A stretch of 64,000 nucleotides of DNA from Nitrospirota bacterium. Lineage in GTDB: Bacteria; Nitrospirota; Thermodesulfovibrionia; Thermodesulfovibrionales; Dissulfurispiraceae. The position numbers were made by a program, and so were the translations under genes. Positions 49,769-60,368 of this stretch are shown here, one piece after another (position 1 is the first letter of the stretch; the number at the start of each line of letters is the position of its first letter). The notes under the pieces were generated by a model that worked only from the letters and a program-made list of their open reading frames with translations, was not told where the DNA came from and did not search any database. The stretch covers positions 1 to 64,000 of the forward strand of contig CAVPZX010000002.1 in the NCBI GenBank assembly GCA_963710375.1, in the 5' to 3' direction.

Positions 49769-51697
49769 TTATGTCTCCTTTATTTTTGGCAGTGTAAAGT
49801 AAAATGCGGCACCCTGTCCCACAGCGCCTTCGGCCCAGACTCTCCCGTCATGGCGGGTAATAATACGCTGCACATTTGCAAGTCCGATCCCTGTGCCTTT
49901 AAATTCGTCCTGGGAATGGAGACGCTGGAATACACCGAAGAGTTTATTTACATATTTCATATCAAATCCTACACCGTTGTCTTTGACAAAAAATATAAAT
50001 TCGTCGTCGTCCTCTTTATATCCTATCCTGATTTCAGCACGGGGACAAGTACTCGTGTATTTAACCGCATTAGAAATGATATTAGCAAGCACCAGGCCCA
50101 GCATCGATTGGTCACCGTATACTTCAGGCAGTTCATCAATATCCCATATAATATACCTCCCTGCCGCTTCATGTTGGATATCGCCGACAGCCGCTCTGAC
50201 CAGTGCGTTAAAGCTTACTTTTTCCTTTCGTATTTCTACACGCGATATGCGGGAGAAGGCGAGCAGATCATCGATAAGCATTCCCATCTTTTTTGAGGCC
50301 GCGGATATAGCGTCCATATAATGGCTGGTTTCGACATCAGTGCAGTACCCCAGCTTTTGTTGCAACAGTTTCATGAAGCCTAACATATGCCTCAAAGGGG
50401 CTCGAAGATCGTGAGAGACTGAGTAGCTGAAAGATTCAAGTTCTTTGTTGGCAGCTTCAAGATCAGCCGTTCGTGCAGCAATCCTCTGTTCAAGTTCTTC
50501 GTTGATTATCCGAAGCGCCTCCTCAGCCTCAAGCCGTTTTCTCTCATTGGCCATGAAATCTATTGCAAAAGAGACATCCTCCGTCAATGATGTGAGCAGT
50601 TGTATTTCCTCATCGGTAAAAAAGTATGACTTACTTGAATAGACAGTTAATGCCCCGATGACACTGGAGCCGGCATGGATGGGGAAGGCTGCGGAAGAGC
50701 GGAGCCCGTGTCGAGAGGCCCTTTCGCGCCAGGGAAGCATGCGGGGATCATGTTCTATGTCGCCGGAAATTGAGTACCTGCCTTCGAAGGCTGCCGTACC
50801 CGTGGGTCCTCTTCCTTCGGGCACATCTGATGCATAAATCTTTACACCGTTGAGATAACCGTCCGTGTCCCCATAGCTGGCAACCGGTTTTACTATTCGC
50901 GAACCTGGATCGATCAGCCCAATCCATGCCATCTTGAATAGCCCGTCTTCAACAGCAATGCGGCAGACCCGGTAGTACAGCTCATCAGAATCATGGATGC
51001 GAACTATCGTCTCGTTCACTTTACTCAGGACTGAATACAACCGATTCAATCGGGAAATCCTGTCCGCCGCCCTCTTCCGCTCTTCCAGTTGAGCAAATAA
51101 TTTTTCGTTGGTTATTGACAACTCCGACGTTCGTTGCATGACTTTCAGTTCTAATTCATCATGAGCCCTCTTGAGCGTCTTCTCGGCATGCCTGCGGGCG
51201 GTGATGTCAGCCGCATAAATGCGTGCGACCTCAAACTGGGGAAGTAGCTGAATCGTCTCGCTGAAAACCCGGTCCTTAATGATTACCTCGCGATAAATGG
51301 TCGTTTCGTTTCCCTTGTCCCAGTCACCTAATGTAGCCTCCAGGTCCGGCGGAAGAAAGGCGTCAACATCCCCTTTGTCCATCCCCAAGCTTTCCAGCGT
51401 ATCCAGGGAACTTTGATTGCAAAAGATGACATTGCCCGAGGAATCGATTTCAATAATCGGATTAGGATTCAGTTCAGGGAAAGACGCGAGACGCCTGGAG
51501 CGCTCTTCGGCCTGTTGGTGGTCCGTGATCGTACGGTCCATAATCCATGAATTGATGAGTGCTGCAGCAGTAAGGAACAGAAAAACAATGACAATACCGG
51601 CACCCGCCAGTTTGAAAAAGGAAAGAATGAGGACAATGATTAAAGCCGTAATTACCGAAAGAACAGCGTTTATTTTCAACCTTCGTCTAACCTGCAT
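49769..51697 (-). CDS. PAS-GAF sensor histidine kinase
   Basis: FSYSVSHDLRAP, NAVKY, DNGVGF, GTGIGLA; GAF with GRGPTG. Confidence 0.93.
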   Translation of the reverse strand: MQVRRRLKINAVLSVITALIIVLILSFFKLAGAGIVIVFLFLTAAALINSWIMDRTITDHQQAEERSRRLASFPELNPNPIIEIDSSGNVIFCNQSSLDTLESLGMDKGDVDAFLPPDLEATLGDWDKGNETTIYREVIIKDRVFSETIQLLPQFEVARIYAADITARRHAEKTLKRAHDELELKVMQRTSELSITNEKLFAQLEERKRAADRISRLNRLYSVLSKVNETIVRIHDSDELYYRVCRIAVEDGLFKMAWIGLIDPGSRIVKPVASYGDTDGYLNGVKIYASDVPEGRGPTGTAAFEGRYSISGDIEHDPRMLPWRERASRHGLRSSAAFPIHAGSSVIGALTVYSSKSYFFTDEEIQLLTSLTEDVSFAIDFMANERKRLEAEEALRIINEELEQRIAARTADLEAANKELESFSYSVSHDLRAPLRHMLGFMKLLQQKLGYCTDVETSHYMDAISAASKKMGMLIDDLLAFSRISRVEIRKEKVSFNALVRAAVGDIQHEAAGRYIIWDIDELPEVYGDQSMLGLVLANIISNAVKYTSTCPRAEIRIGYKEDDDEFIFFVKDNGVGFDMKYVNKLFGVFQRLHSQDEFKGTGIGLANVQRIITRHDGRVWAEGAVGQGAAFYFTLPKIKET

Positions 51698-51842
51698 TTT
51701 TTCGCCTTACCTTACTATTCCTTCCAGCACCTCATCGAGCAGGGCTCTTTCTGACAGCAAAGATATATTATCAGAGCTAAAACCGGATTACAATTACAAT
51801 TCCCTGAATTTACAGATGTAATTAGGAGAAAAAGGCGTTTAT

Positions 51843-51904
51843 GTCAGACAGAACCTGACGCGTTTTTCGGTTATTTCCTACAGAAAAATCGGCTTCAGAC
51901 TGAT
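51843..51904. promoter_or_regulatory. Three tandem NarL/LuxR-type inverted-repeat boxes
   Basis: GTCAG-N7-CTGAC, TCGG-N6-CCTAC, ATCGG-N7-CTGAT at ~22-bp period. Confidence 0.55.
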
Positions 51905-52058
51905 TCCATGATCCGTCCGGATGATTTAAACTCAGACAAAGCTGATATTCAGAAGGTAGGACTTTTTATGCCGCCTTCTGTTTTAAATTAAAACTGTCCG
52001 GCTCGGACGAACTCCATCAAGTTATTTATTTTGGGGTGAACCAAAAAGGAGGTTATCA

Positions 52059-52394
52059 ATGAAAACAATTGAGGTCAAATTATATAAAGCCGTAGTATTC
52101 CTTTTTTTGGCTATTGGGCTGCCCGCATTCATATTTGGCTGGGTGGTGGCGGTAAATTTCAGCGGTGTTTTTGAAACAGGGTATAAAATGGCTTTTTTTG
52201 ATATTAAATCTGCCATAAAAGAGTCGGTTAAAGACGGACAACCATTTTTTTATATGCATGGCATCAAGATATTCTCCGAAAACTGCATGAAAAATGATAA
52301 TTCCGAAACCGGTAAACCGGTCAGGGAAAATAGCTCGGAAAAGAAAGATAATAAGAAAAAGGCGTTCAGAATCAGCTATAACATCAGGGATTGA
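52059..52394 (+). CDS. Hypothetical membrane protein
   Basis: AGGAGG RBS, N-terminal TM. Confidence 0.65.
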   Translation: MKTIEVKLYKAVVFLFLAIGLPAFIFGWVVAVNFSGVFETGYKMAFFDIKSAIKESVKDGQPFFYMHGIKIFSENCMKNDNSETGKPVRENSSEKKDNKKKAFRISYNIRD

Positions 52395-52447
52395 TTTGAA
52401 TCTACTCGTGAATGGTAATGAAGAATTACTTAATAAGGAGGAGTCCA

Positions 52448-52771
52448 ATGATAAACAATTTGAAAACTGATGGAACTATTAAAAAAGTTGTAAAGAAGAA
52501 AGCCCCGGGTGAACAGCTTAAAGCACTTGCAGAAGCAATACTGTTACAGTCAATGGAAGATTTATGGATCTATGAAGAAAGATCGAACTGCATAGATTTT
52601 TTTAGCGGGGAAGGGTTTCGAACATGTTCCGAAATCGCGGGGATGAGTTCCGATGACAAGGTAAAAATACTGAATATGGTCGGAGATGTTACTTATCAGA
52701 ATTCACGAAAAAACAAAAGGGTTAGAGGTATAAGAGCTGATAGACGTGATGCTTATGAGCTTGTACGGTAA
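52448..52771 (+). CDS. Hypothetical protein
   Basis: AGGAGG RBS; LAEAILLQSMEDLW...FFSGEGF..C..IAG. Confidence 0.7.
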   Translation: MINNLKTDGTIKKVVKKKAPGEQLKALAEAILLQSMEDLWIYEERSNCIDFFSGEGFRTCSEIAGMSSDDKVKILNMVGDVTYQNSRKNKRVRGIRADRRDAYELVR

Positions 52772-52799
52772 AGCATAAAAAGCAGTTTGGAGGTGTGAG

Positions 52800-52967
52800 A
52801 TGGCCTGTCCTTTTTTAAAAGTGGCTTATGTAGCTTATTGTAGTGCATGTGATTTTCCATATACTCCAAGCATCATCGAACTGGAAGAACAGTGTTTTAA
52901 AGAGAGTTTCGAGTCTTGTGTCCATTTTAATAATGTTCAGGCAACAGAGCAGGTTGCAGCGGACTAA
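52800..52967 (+). CDS. Small Cys-rich protein (55 aa); not in the ORF track
   Basis: GGAGG RBS; MACPFL...YCSAC...PS..ELEEQC...C. Confidence 0.65.
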   Translation: MACPFLKVAYVAYCSACDFPYTPSIIELEEQCFKESFESCVHFNNVQATEQVAAD

Positions 52968-53035
52968 TACACATAGTTATTAATAACCCTTTAACTCGCG
53001 GACATTGCCGGGCAAATCACTTCTCCCTCAATCTG

Positions 53036-53072
53036 CGGCACCCCAAAAAGTCTTCGGCTTTTTGGGGTGCCG
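53036..53072. terminator. Strong hairpin, probable terminator
   Basis: CGGCACCCCAAAAAG-loop-CTTTTTGGGGTGCCG. Confidence 0.75.
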
Positions 53073-53142
53073 TTGTAAAGAAAAGTCCACACTGCCTCTT
53101 TTTTCAATTAGGTAGAATGCTGATAGCCTGCTAAGCTATAAT

Positions 53143-53784
53143 ATGGATGATTTGATTAACATATTAATTGTAGATGATCATGCAGTTGTACGTGCCGGGC
53201 TGAGACAAATCATTTCCGGCGTCTCTGACATGGCTGTTGCGGACGAAGCTGATAGCGCTATAGAAGCGCTCACCAAAATAAGGAAAAAAGGATATTCGAT
53301 GGTAGTCCTGGATATCGCCATGCCAGGTAAAAGCGGCCTCGATGTTTTAAAGGAAATAAGAAGTGAACATCCCAAACTTCCTGTTCTTATGCTGAGCATG
53401 TACCCTGAAGACCAGTATGCTGTGCGGGCCTTGCGATCTGGAGCATCAGGTTACATGACAAAGGACAGCGCGCCTGAAGAACTGGTGACTGCCATACGCA
53501 CTGTGGCTGCAGGCAGGAAATATATAAGCTCTGATCTGGCGGAAAGACTAGCCTTGAACCTCGATACTGACATGAAAAAAGAGCCTCATGAAATCCTTTC
53601 GGACAGAGAGTATCAGGTATTGTGTTCGATAGCTTCCGGCAAGACTATCGGCGAAATTGCGGATCAGCTTTCTCTGAGCGTTAAGACAATCAGCACATAC
53701 AGGAGCCGCATTCTTGAAAAAATGCAGCTCAAGAACAATGCTGAATTGACAAATTACGCCATAAGGAACCACCTCATAGACTAA
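53143..53784 (+). CDS. NarL/FixJ family response regulator
   Basis: VDDH, LDIAMP, LSDREYQV, LSVKTISTYR. Confidence 0.95.
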   Translation: MDDLINILIVDDHAVVRAGLRQIISGVSDMAVADEADSAIEALTKIRKKGYSMVVLDIAMPGKSGLDVLKEIRSEHPKLPVLMLSMYPEDQYAVRALRSGASGYMTKDSAPEELVTAIRTVAAGRKYISSDLAERLALNLDTDMKKEPHEILSDREYQVLCSIASGKTIGEIADQLSLSVKTISTYRSRILEKMQLKNNAELTNYAIRNHLID

Positions 53785-53876
53785 AGTAACTATCAGTGCT
53801 TCAATTTTGCTTCTTGTCTTTTGGTGATTTCCATATTAAAATGTAAGAAAAGAAATTTGTCATACAGGAGGGGCTG

Positions 53877-54359
53877 ATGGATATCTTTGCATATGCCATG
53901 CAGATGGAGAAAGATGGAGAAACGTATTACCGGGAGCTTTCGTCAAAGACAGATAATAAAGGGATAAAGAACATCCTCACGATGCTTGCAGATGCTGAGG
54001 TTATCCATTACAACATTTTTCAGACAATGAAAAGGCATGAACAGATTCCGGGGATTGATTCAAAGAGTCTTGAGGGCATTAAGAACATCTTTGCCCGGCT
54101 GAAGGAAGACGAACCATCCAGGGTCGATTCAACTCAAGTCTCTCTTTACCGCAAAGCCCAGGACCTTGAGAAAAAAACCCTCGATTTTTACCTCGAAAGA
54201 GCTGAAGAGTCAAAGGATGAGATCGAAAAGACCATTTTTAAGAGAGTTGCTAATGAGGAAAGGAAGCATTATCTCATTCTCGAAAATATTATCGATTTCG
54301 TGGAGAGACCGGACACGTGGCTCGAAAATCCAGAGTGGTATCACCTGGAGGACTTTTAA
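53877..54359 (+). CDS. Ferritin-like (rubrerythrin-type) protein
   Basis: MEKDG..YY, ExxH motifs EVIH and ERKH. Confidence 0.88.
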   Translation: MDIFAYAMQMEKDGETYYRELSSKTDNKGIKNILTMLADAEVIHYNIFQTMKRHEQIPGIDSKSLEGIKNIFARLKEDEPSRVDSTQVSLYRKAQDLEKKTLDFYLERAEESKDEIEKTIFKRVANEERKHYLILENIIDFVERPDTWLENPEWYHLEDF

Positions 54360-54379
54360 GGGCTCGCCCTAAAGTTAAA

Positions 54380-54410
54380 TGCAGGGGCAAACTCAGTGGT
54401 TGCCCCTGCA
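54380..54410. terminator. Hairpin terminator between convergent genes
   Basis: TGCAGGGGCAA-N9-TTGCCCCTGCA. Confidence 0.75.
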
Positions 54411-54416
54411 AAATTA

Positions 54417-57400
54417 TTACTCAGCCTTCCATGTAGCCCGGTGTTTTAGATATTGCCATCTCCTCTTAACATCACCCTCGGCCTGTTTCATGAGTGCAGC
54501 AGCCAACTCAGGGTTGATCGCCCTCAATGCCTTGTAGCGGTTCTCGTTATATGCATATTCCTCGAAGGTAATTGTCGGCTCCTTGCTGTCGATGACAAGC
54601 GGACTCTTGCCCTGCAGCTCGAGTTCGGGGTTATACCGGTAAAGGGGCCAGTGGCCGCATGCAACAGCTTTCTTCTGCTCTTCGATCCCCTTGCTCATAT
54701 CAATGCCCTGTGCGATGCATGTCGCATAGGCGATGATCAACGACGGGCCATTGTATGCCTCGGCCTCTGTGAATGACTTTACGGCCTGGGCCGGACTTGC
54801 GCCGAATGCAATCTGGCCGACATACACGTTTCCGTACGTCGCCATGATGAGACCAATGTTCTTTTTAGGCGTCCTCTTCCCGCCGGCTGCAAACTGGGCA
54901 GTAGCGGCAAGAGGGGTTGACTTGGACATCTGTCCTCCCGTATTGGAGTAGACCTCGGTATCGAGAATCAGAATGTTCACGTTTTCCCCGGAAGCCATTA
55001 CCTGGTCGAGTCCCCCGTAACCTATATCATAGGCCCAGCCGTCCCCGCCTATCGACCAGACGGATTTCCTGACAAGGTAATCTGCCAGGGACAGCAGGCT
55101 TTTTGCCTCGGGCGAATTATCTTTCGAGAGTATTTTTTTGAGTTCCCCTATCCGGGCCCTCTGTTCTTCGATCTTTTCCAGATTCGACTGGTCTGCATTT
55201 TTTATAGAATCGAAGAGTTCACGTGTGCCGGCATATGCGGGATTCTGAGCCAGTTTTTCGATAAGTTCCAATGCCTGCGCATTAAACTTGTCAACAGTCA
55301 GTCTCATACCTAAACCGAATTCAGCATTATCTTCGAACAGGGAATTTGACCACGCAGGCCCCCTGCCGTCGGACCGTTTTGTATACGGCGTGGTCGGCAG
55401 GTTGCCGCTGTAAATTGATGAACATCCGGTCGCATTGCCTATAAGCAGGCGGTCGCCGAAAAGCTGCGTGAGCAGTTTCAGGTATGGTGTTTCTCCGCAG
55501 CCTGCGCAAGCGCCGCTGTATTCAAAGAGAGGTTTCACGAATTGGCTTCCCTTGACTGTCGCCACATTGTACCTGGAAGGCTCAGTTTCAGGCAGACTGA
55601 GGAAGAATGAGTAATTTTCCGTCTCCTGGGCCCTCAGCGGTTCCTGGGGATTCATGTTGATCGCCTTGAAATCCGGAACCTTCTTGCCCTCAGCGTCTTT
55701 CTTGAAGCCCGGACAGTTAAACACACAGGAGCCGCATCCTGTGCAGTCCTCAGGCGCCACCTGGACGGTGAACTTCAGACCCTCGAGTTCCTTACCTTTG
55801 GCATTAACTGATTTGAACCCGGAAGGCGCGGATTTCAGGAGGGCAGGGTCATAGGCCTTCATCCTTATCGTCCCATGAGGGCAGACAAAGGAGCACTGGC
55901 CGCACTGGATGCAGATATCCGGCTCCCAGACAGGGATATGAACGCCGATGTTCCGCTTTTCATACTGCGTTGTCCCGGTCGGCCATGTGCCGTCAGCCGG
56001 CATGGCGGAGACAGGCAAGTAGTCGCCCTTGCCCGCGATCATCTTCGCTGTTACGTTCCTGACAAACTCAGGAGCCGTTTCCGGCACAGGCGGCTTCCGC
56101 CGTATTGTGCTCGTGACTTTTTCAGGGACAGGCACTTCAACGATGTTCTTAAGAGCCGTATCGACTGCTGCATAGTTCATTTCGACCACCGCTTCACCCT
56201 TCTTCATGTAAGTCTTCTTGATTTCGGCTTTGATCGCCCTGATAGCATCGTCTTTCGGAATTATTCCCGAGATAACGAAGAACGCTGTCTGCATTATCAT
56301 ATTGATCCTTCCCCCAAGACCAATCTCCTCAGCGAGCGATATGGCGTCGATAATAAAGAACTTCATGCGCTTTGAAATTAGCTGCTCCTGCACTTCAACA
56401 GGCAGGGTGTCCCATATCTTGTCCTTGGGATGTGCGGTGGTCAACAGGAAGGTTGCCCCATTCTGTGCGTGTGACAGCATGTCATATTTTTCGAGGAACG
56501 ATGGATTATGGCAAGCTATGAAGTCGGCTGTTGACAGGAGATAGGGATTGAGTATCCTGTCCTTTCCGAAACGTAGATGAGATGTGGTAATGGAGCCTGA
56601 CTTCTTGGAGTCATAGACAAAATAACCCTGGGCAAAGTTGTCTGTTACAGAGCCGATGATCTTTATCGTATTCTTGTTTGCCCCGACCGTGCCGTCCGCG
56701 CCCAGCCCGTAGAACATGGCCTTGTAAGAGTTTTTCCCCTCAACGGTAAAAGACTCGTCATAGTCGAGGCTGGTCCCCGCGACATCGTCGTTTATGCCCA
56801 CAGTAAAATGGTTCTTCGGCACAGGCTGTGAAAGATTATCAAATACTGCCTTTGCCATAGCCGGCGTGAACTCCTTAGAACCAAGGCCGTAGCGGCCTCC
56901 GACAATCCTGGGGTAGGTCTTCAACCGCGAGGTCCCTTTTTCCAGCGCCTCGCCCAATGCAGTTCTCACGTCCAGATAGAGGGGATCGCCGATGGCGCCG
57001 GGCTCTTTTGTGCGGTCCAGGACAGCGACAGTTTTCACGCTGCCCGGAATAGCCTGAGCAAAGGCATCGGTATCAAATGGCCTGAAGAGCCTGACCTGGA
57101 CCAGTCCCAGTCTTTCCCCTTTTGCGTTCAGCGCATCGATCGTGCTCAGCACGGTTTCCCCTCCCGAACCCATAATAACGATCACGCGCTCAGCTTCAGG
57201 GTGGCCGTAGTAATCAAAAAGGTTATACTGTCTGCCCACTATGGCGGCAAACTTGTTCATGGCCTTCTGAACGATTGAAGGCGTTTCATTATAGAATTTG
57301 TTCACTGTTTCCCTTCCCTGGAAATAGACATCCGGGTTCTGGGCAGTGCCTCGCAGCACAGGACGGTCAGGCGTGAGACCCCTCATGCGGTGGGCTATCA

Positions 57401-57998
57401 CAAGGTCATTGTCTATCATCGCTTTCATGTCGTCAAAGGTCAGCTCTTCGATCTTCTGTTCCTCGTGAGACGTTCTGAAACCATCAAAGAAGTGAACAAA
57501 GGGAATCCTCGATTCAAGGGTTGCGGCCTGGGCAATAAGCGCAAAGTCCATCGCCTCCTGCACATCCCTGGAGCAAAGCATGGCAAAACCCGTGGCACGG
57601 ACAGCCATAACATCGGAATGGTCACCAAAAATACTGAGCGCCTGCGCAGCCAGGGAGCGGGCAGTCACATGGAAGACCGACGAAGTAAGCTCTCCGGCTA
57701 TCTTATACATATTAGGCATAATCAAAAGGAGGCCCTGAGATGCTGTAATCGTCGTGGTCAGGGCCCCGGTAGTAAGGGAACCGTGGACCGAACCGGCAAC
57801 GCCGGCCTCCGACTGCATCTGGCTGACTCGTGGCACGGAACCCCAAATGTTCACCTTGCCCGCAGCAGACTTTGCATCGCATATTTCCGCGATGGGAGAT
57901 GAAGGGGTTATCGGATAAATCGTAATGATCTCATTCACCGCATGGACAACATGGGCGCATGCGGTACAGCCGTCAACAGTTATCATTCTTCTTGCCAT
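54417..57998 (-). CDS. nifJ: Pyruvate:ferredoxin (flavodoxin) oxidoreductase
   Basis: YPITPS, two ferredoxin motifs, GACAGCGE, GGDGWAYDIG. Confidence 0.97.
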   Translation of the reverse strand: MARRMITVDGCTACAHVVHAVNEIITIYPITPSSPIAEICDAKSAAGKVNIWGSVPRVSQMQSEAGVAGSVHGSLTTGALTTTITASQGLLLIMPNMYKIAGELTSSVFHVTARSLAAQALSIFGDHSDVMAVRATGFAMLCSRDVQEAMDFALIAQAATLESRIPFVHFFDGFRTSHEEQKIEELTFDDMKAMIDNDLVIAHRMRGLTPDRPVLRGTAQNPDVYFQGRETVNKFYNETPSIVQKAMNKFAAIVGRQYNLFDYYGHPEAERVIVIMGSGGETVLSTIDALNAKGERLGLVQVRLFRPFDTDAFAQAIPGSVKTVAVLDRTKEPGAIGDPLYLDVRTALGEALEKGTSRLKTYPRIVGGRYGLGSKEFTPAMAKAVFDNLSQPVPKNHFTVGINDDVAGTSLDYDESFTVEGKNSYKAMFYGLGADGTVGANKNTIKIIGSVTDNFAQGYFVYDSKKSGSITTSHLRFGKDRILNPYLLSTADFIACHNPSFLEKYDMLSHAQNGATFLLTTAHPKDKIWDTLPVEVQEQLISKRMKFFIIDAISLAEEIGLGGRINMIMQTAFFVISGIIPKDDAIRAIKAEIKKTYMKKGEAVVEMNYAAVDTALKNIVEVPVPEKVTSTIRRKPPVPETAPEFVRNVTAKMIAGKGDYLPVSAMPADGTWPTGTTQYEKRNIGVHIPVWEPDICIQCGQCSFVCPHGTIRMKAYDPALLKSAPSGFKSVNAKGKELEGLKFTVQVAPEDCTGCGSCVFNCPGFKKDAEGKKVPDFKAINMNPQEPLRAQETENYSFFLSLPETEPSRYNVATVKGSQFVKPLFEYSGACAGCGETPYLKLLTQLFGDRLLIGNATGCSSIYSGNLPTTPYTKRSDGRGPAWSNSLFEDNAEFGLGMRLTVDKFNAQALELIEKLAQNPAYAGTRELFDSIKNADQSNLEKIEEQRARIGELKKILSKDNSPEAKSLLSLADYLVRKSVWSIGGDGWAYDIGYGGLDQVMASGENVNILILDTEVYSNTGGQMSKSTPLAATAQFAAGGKRTPKKNIGLIMATYGNVYVGQIAFGASPAQAVKSFTEAEAYNGPSLIIAYATCIAQGIDMSKGIEEQKKAVACGHWPLYRYNPELELQGKSPLVIDSKEPTITFEEYAYNENRYKALRAINPELAAALMKQAEGDVKRRWQYLKHRATWKAE

Positions 57999-58251
57999 AC
58001 TTTACACTCCTTTTTAATGGTCTTATAAGGAAAAACTTTTCTCCTTCGGGTGTTCTTCTTCTATTGCGATCAGATGTGCTCCTGTTTGGGAAAAACACTT
58101 CAATTTCATTAATTATAGCACACATAAGAGGGATTTTTAAGAAGTTGGTTCACCCACTGCCGATGATTCCCACACCTTGATAATTCCCTGTTCGCGTGTT
58201 ATTCTTTTTCATGCCAAAGAAGCAATTTCAATTTACTGAGGGCTCACGAAT

Positions 58252-58713
58252 ATGACATATGAGGAAAAACTAAGGTCAGTTGGGCTTGGGCTTTCGGAAG
58301 CGCCAAAGCCGCTAGGCTCTTATGTCCCCTGCGTCCGCACCGGCAACCTCCTCTTTCTGAGCGGCATGCTTCCTCTAAGGGCCGGCAAGCTGACACGGAC
58401 GGGAAAGGTCGGAGAGTCCGTGTCCCTGGCCGAAGCACAGGAAGATGCCAGGCAGGTAGTGCTCAACGCATTTGCCGTCATTAAAAATCATACGGGAAGC
58501 CTTGATACGATCAAGCAATGTATAAAAATAAACGGCTATGTGGCATCCTCCGCTGATTTTACCGAACAGCCGAAAGTTTTAAATGCGGCATCAGACTTTC
58601 TATTTGAAATTTTGGGTGAAGCAGGCAAACATGCGAGGGCGGCTGTGGGCGTTTCAGTGCTGCCCCTGAATGCTCCGGTCGAAATAGATTTTATTTTTGA
58701 GCTGTATCCTTAG
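58252..58713 (+). CDS. RidA/YjgF family protein
   Basis: FLSGMLP, QPKVLNAASD, HARAAVG, LPLNAPVEI. Confidence 0.92.
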   Translation: MTYEEKLRSVGLGLSEAPKPLGSYVPCVRTGNLLFLSGMLPLRAGKLTRTGKVGESVSLAEAQEDARQVVLNAFAVIKNHTGSLDTIKQCIKINGYVASSADFTEQPKVLNAASDFLFEILGEAGKHARAAVGVSVLPLNAPVEIDFIFELYP

Positions 58714-58715
58714 AA

Positions 58716-60368
58716 TTATTGCTGTAACGATAAAGCTGACGTATACTCTTCCCATAGCAGTTCTTTCGTGGTGTCCGACTTTATAAAATCCCACGGCAGT
58801 ATTTCCTCCAAATCCCTCTTCCTGAAGAGATAAAAATCCATATCTGTTCCGGTTTCGGAGCAAGCCCTTTTCATGTCATCGGTCTTCGACATGGCCTCAA
58901 TGACCTTGAATACCCTTCGGTCTCCTCTGGCAAATAAGCCTTGCAGGTATGCGTACTTCGGAACATCGTGAAACACTTTTACGTTTCCATCATCTCTAAG
59001 CGTTTTTTTGATAAACTTAAGCCTTTCTTTTACAACGCCAAGAGGTTCCATGGCATACCACTGAAAGGGAGTGAGCGGCTTTGGCACAAACGTACTGATA
59101 CTCAAGACGAGAGTGCCTCTCTTTGAGGTCCGCCTGATTTTTCTCACCAGCTCTACAATCCCTGAAATATCTTCCTGAGTTTCCGTTGGCAGCCCTATCA
59201 TGAAGTAAAGCCTTAGGTTCTCTACACCCGTTTCGAGTATGCGCGCAGAGGTATCGAGTATATCGTTCTCGCTGATTTTTTTATTTATCACCTTGCGCAT
59301 TCGTTCGGTTCCCGCCTCGGGTGCGATTGAGATACTTTTATGCCCCTTGAGGAGTTCTACCAGTTCCGAACTTTTCGGGCAGGCCCGCAAAGAAGTGATC
59401 GAGAAATCGACACCCCGGATGCCCAATACCTCTTTTATATGTGCGTAATCGGTTAAAGACGGCCCTATCAGTCCTATTTTGCCCGTGTATTGTTTCGCAC
59501 GCAAGATTTCATCTTTAATGAGAGCAATTTCTTTCTTCCTAAGCGGACGATACATGTGCCCGACAAGGCAGAACCTGCAACTCCAAGGGCATCCGCGCAT
59601 TGCCTCTATAAGATACATATTGGAAAATTCAGATCCCCTACTGACAATAGCAGTAGTGACGGACGCTGATGAGAGCTCTCCGAAATGCCTTCTCATCACT
59701 GTTGCAGGGGCGTCTTTCAACGGAATTCTTTCTGCAAGTGTGCCGTCATTATTATAATGAATCGAATAGTAATCAGGCACGTAGACGCCCTCAATAAAAA
59801 GGGCCGTTTTTTTTACGGCCTCCTTGACCTGACCTGTCTGCATTGCCGCCTTGTATTTTTCCAGAAACTCATTCAGAGACTCCTCGGCATCTCCTATAAA
59901 CATAACGTCAAATACTGGAGCAACAGGTTCCGGATTAAATGAGGGGCATACGCCTCCAGCAATCAGCAGTGGGTGAAAGCGGTCTCTCCGTGTAGACAGG
60001 AACGGTATTTTTGCAGAGTCAAGAATCCTGAGTATATTTGGGTAGTCATTTTCAAAGGGGATAGAAAAAGCCACAATATCAAATGTTGTGACAGGCCTTT
60101 TCGATTCAAGGGAAAAAAGCGGAGTGCCGGTCTTTTTATGCAGAGCCAGGTCCTCTTCGTCAGGCATAAACGCCCGCTCGCAGACCACATCATCTCTCAT
60201 GTTAAGCAGGCCGTAAACACCTTGAAAACCGAGATTGGCCATGCCAACCCTGTAAGTGTTAGGGTAGATCAGACATATGGATATTCTTCCGCCAGGGTCT
60301 TTAAAAACAGTTCCCTGCTCACCGGAAAGGTATGAGTCAGCTTTTTCTATAAGGGCGCGGTTTATCAA
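58716..60368 (-). CDS. B12-binding-like radical SAM protein
   Basis: YPNTYRVGMANLG, RGCPWSCRFC, APEAG, YFMIGLP, FVPKP. Confidence 0.9.
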   Translation of the reverse strand: MINRALIEKADSYLSGEQGTVFKDPGGRISICLIYPNTYRVGMANLGFQGVYGLLNMRDDVVCERAFMPDEEDLALHKKTGTPLFSLESKRPVTTFDIVAFSIPFENDYPNILRILDSAKIPFLSTRRDRFHPLLIAGGVCPSFNPEPVAPVFDVMFIGDAEESLNEFLEKYKAAMQTGQVKEAVKKTALFIEGVYVPDYYSIHYNNDGTLAERIPLKDAPATVMRRHFGELSSASVTTAIVSRGSEFSNMYLIEAMRGCPWSCRFCLVGHMYRPLRKKEIALIKDEILRAKQYTGKIGLIGPSLTDYAHIKEVLGIRGVDFSITSLRACPKSSELVELLKGHKSISIAPEAGTERMRKVINKKISENDILDTSARILETGVENLRLYFMIGLPTETQEDISGIVELVRKIRRTSKRGTLVLSISTFVPKPLTPFQWYAMEPLGVVKERLKFIKKTLRDDGNVKVFHDVPKYAYLQGLFARGDRRVFKVIEAMSKTDDMKRACSETGTDMDFYLFRKRDLEEILPWDFIKSDTTKELLWEEYTSALSLQQ

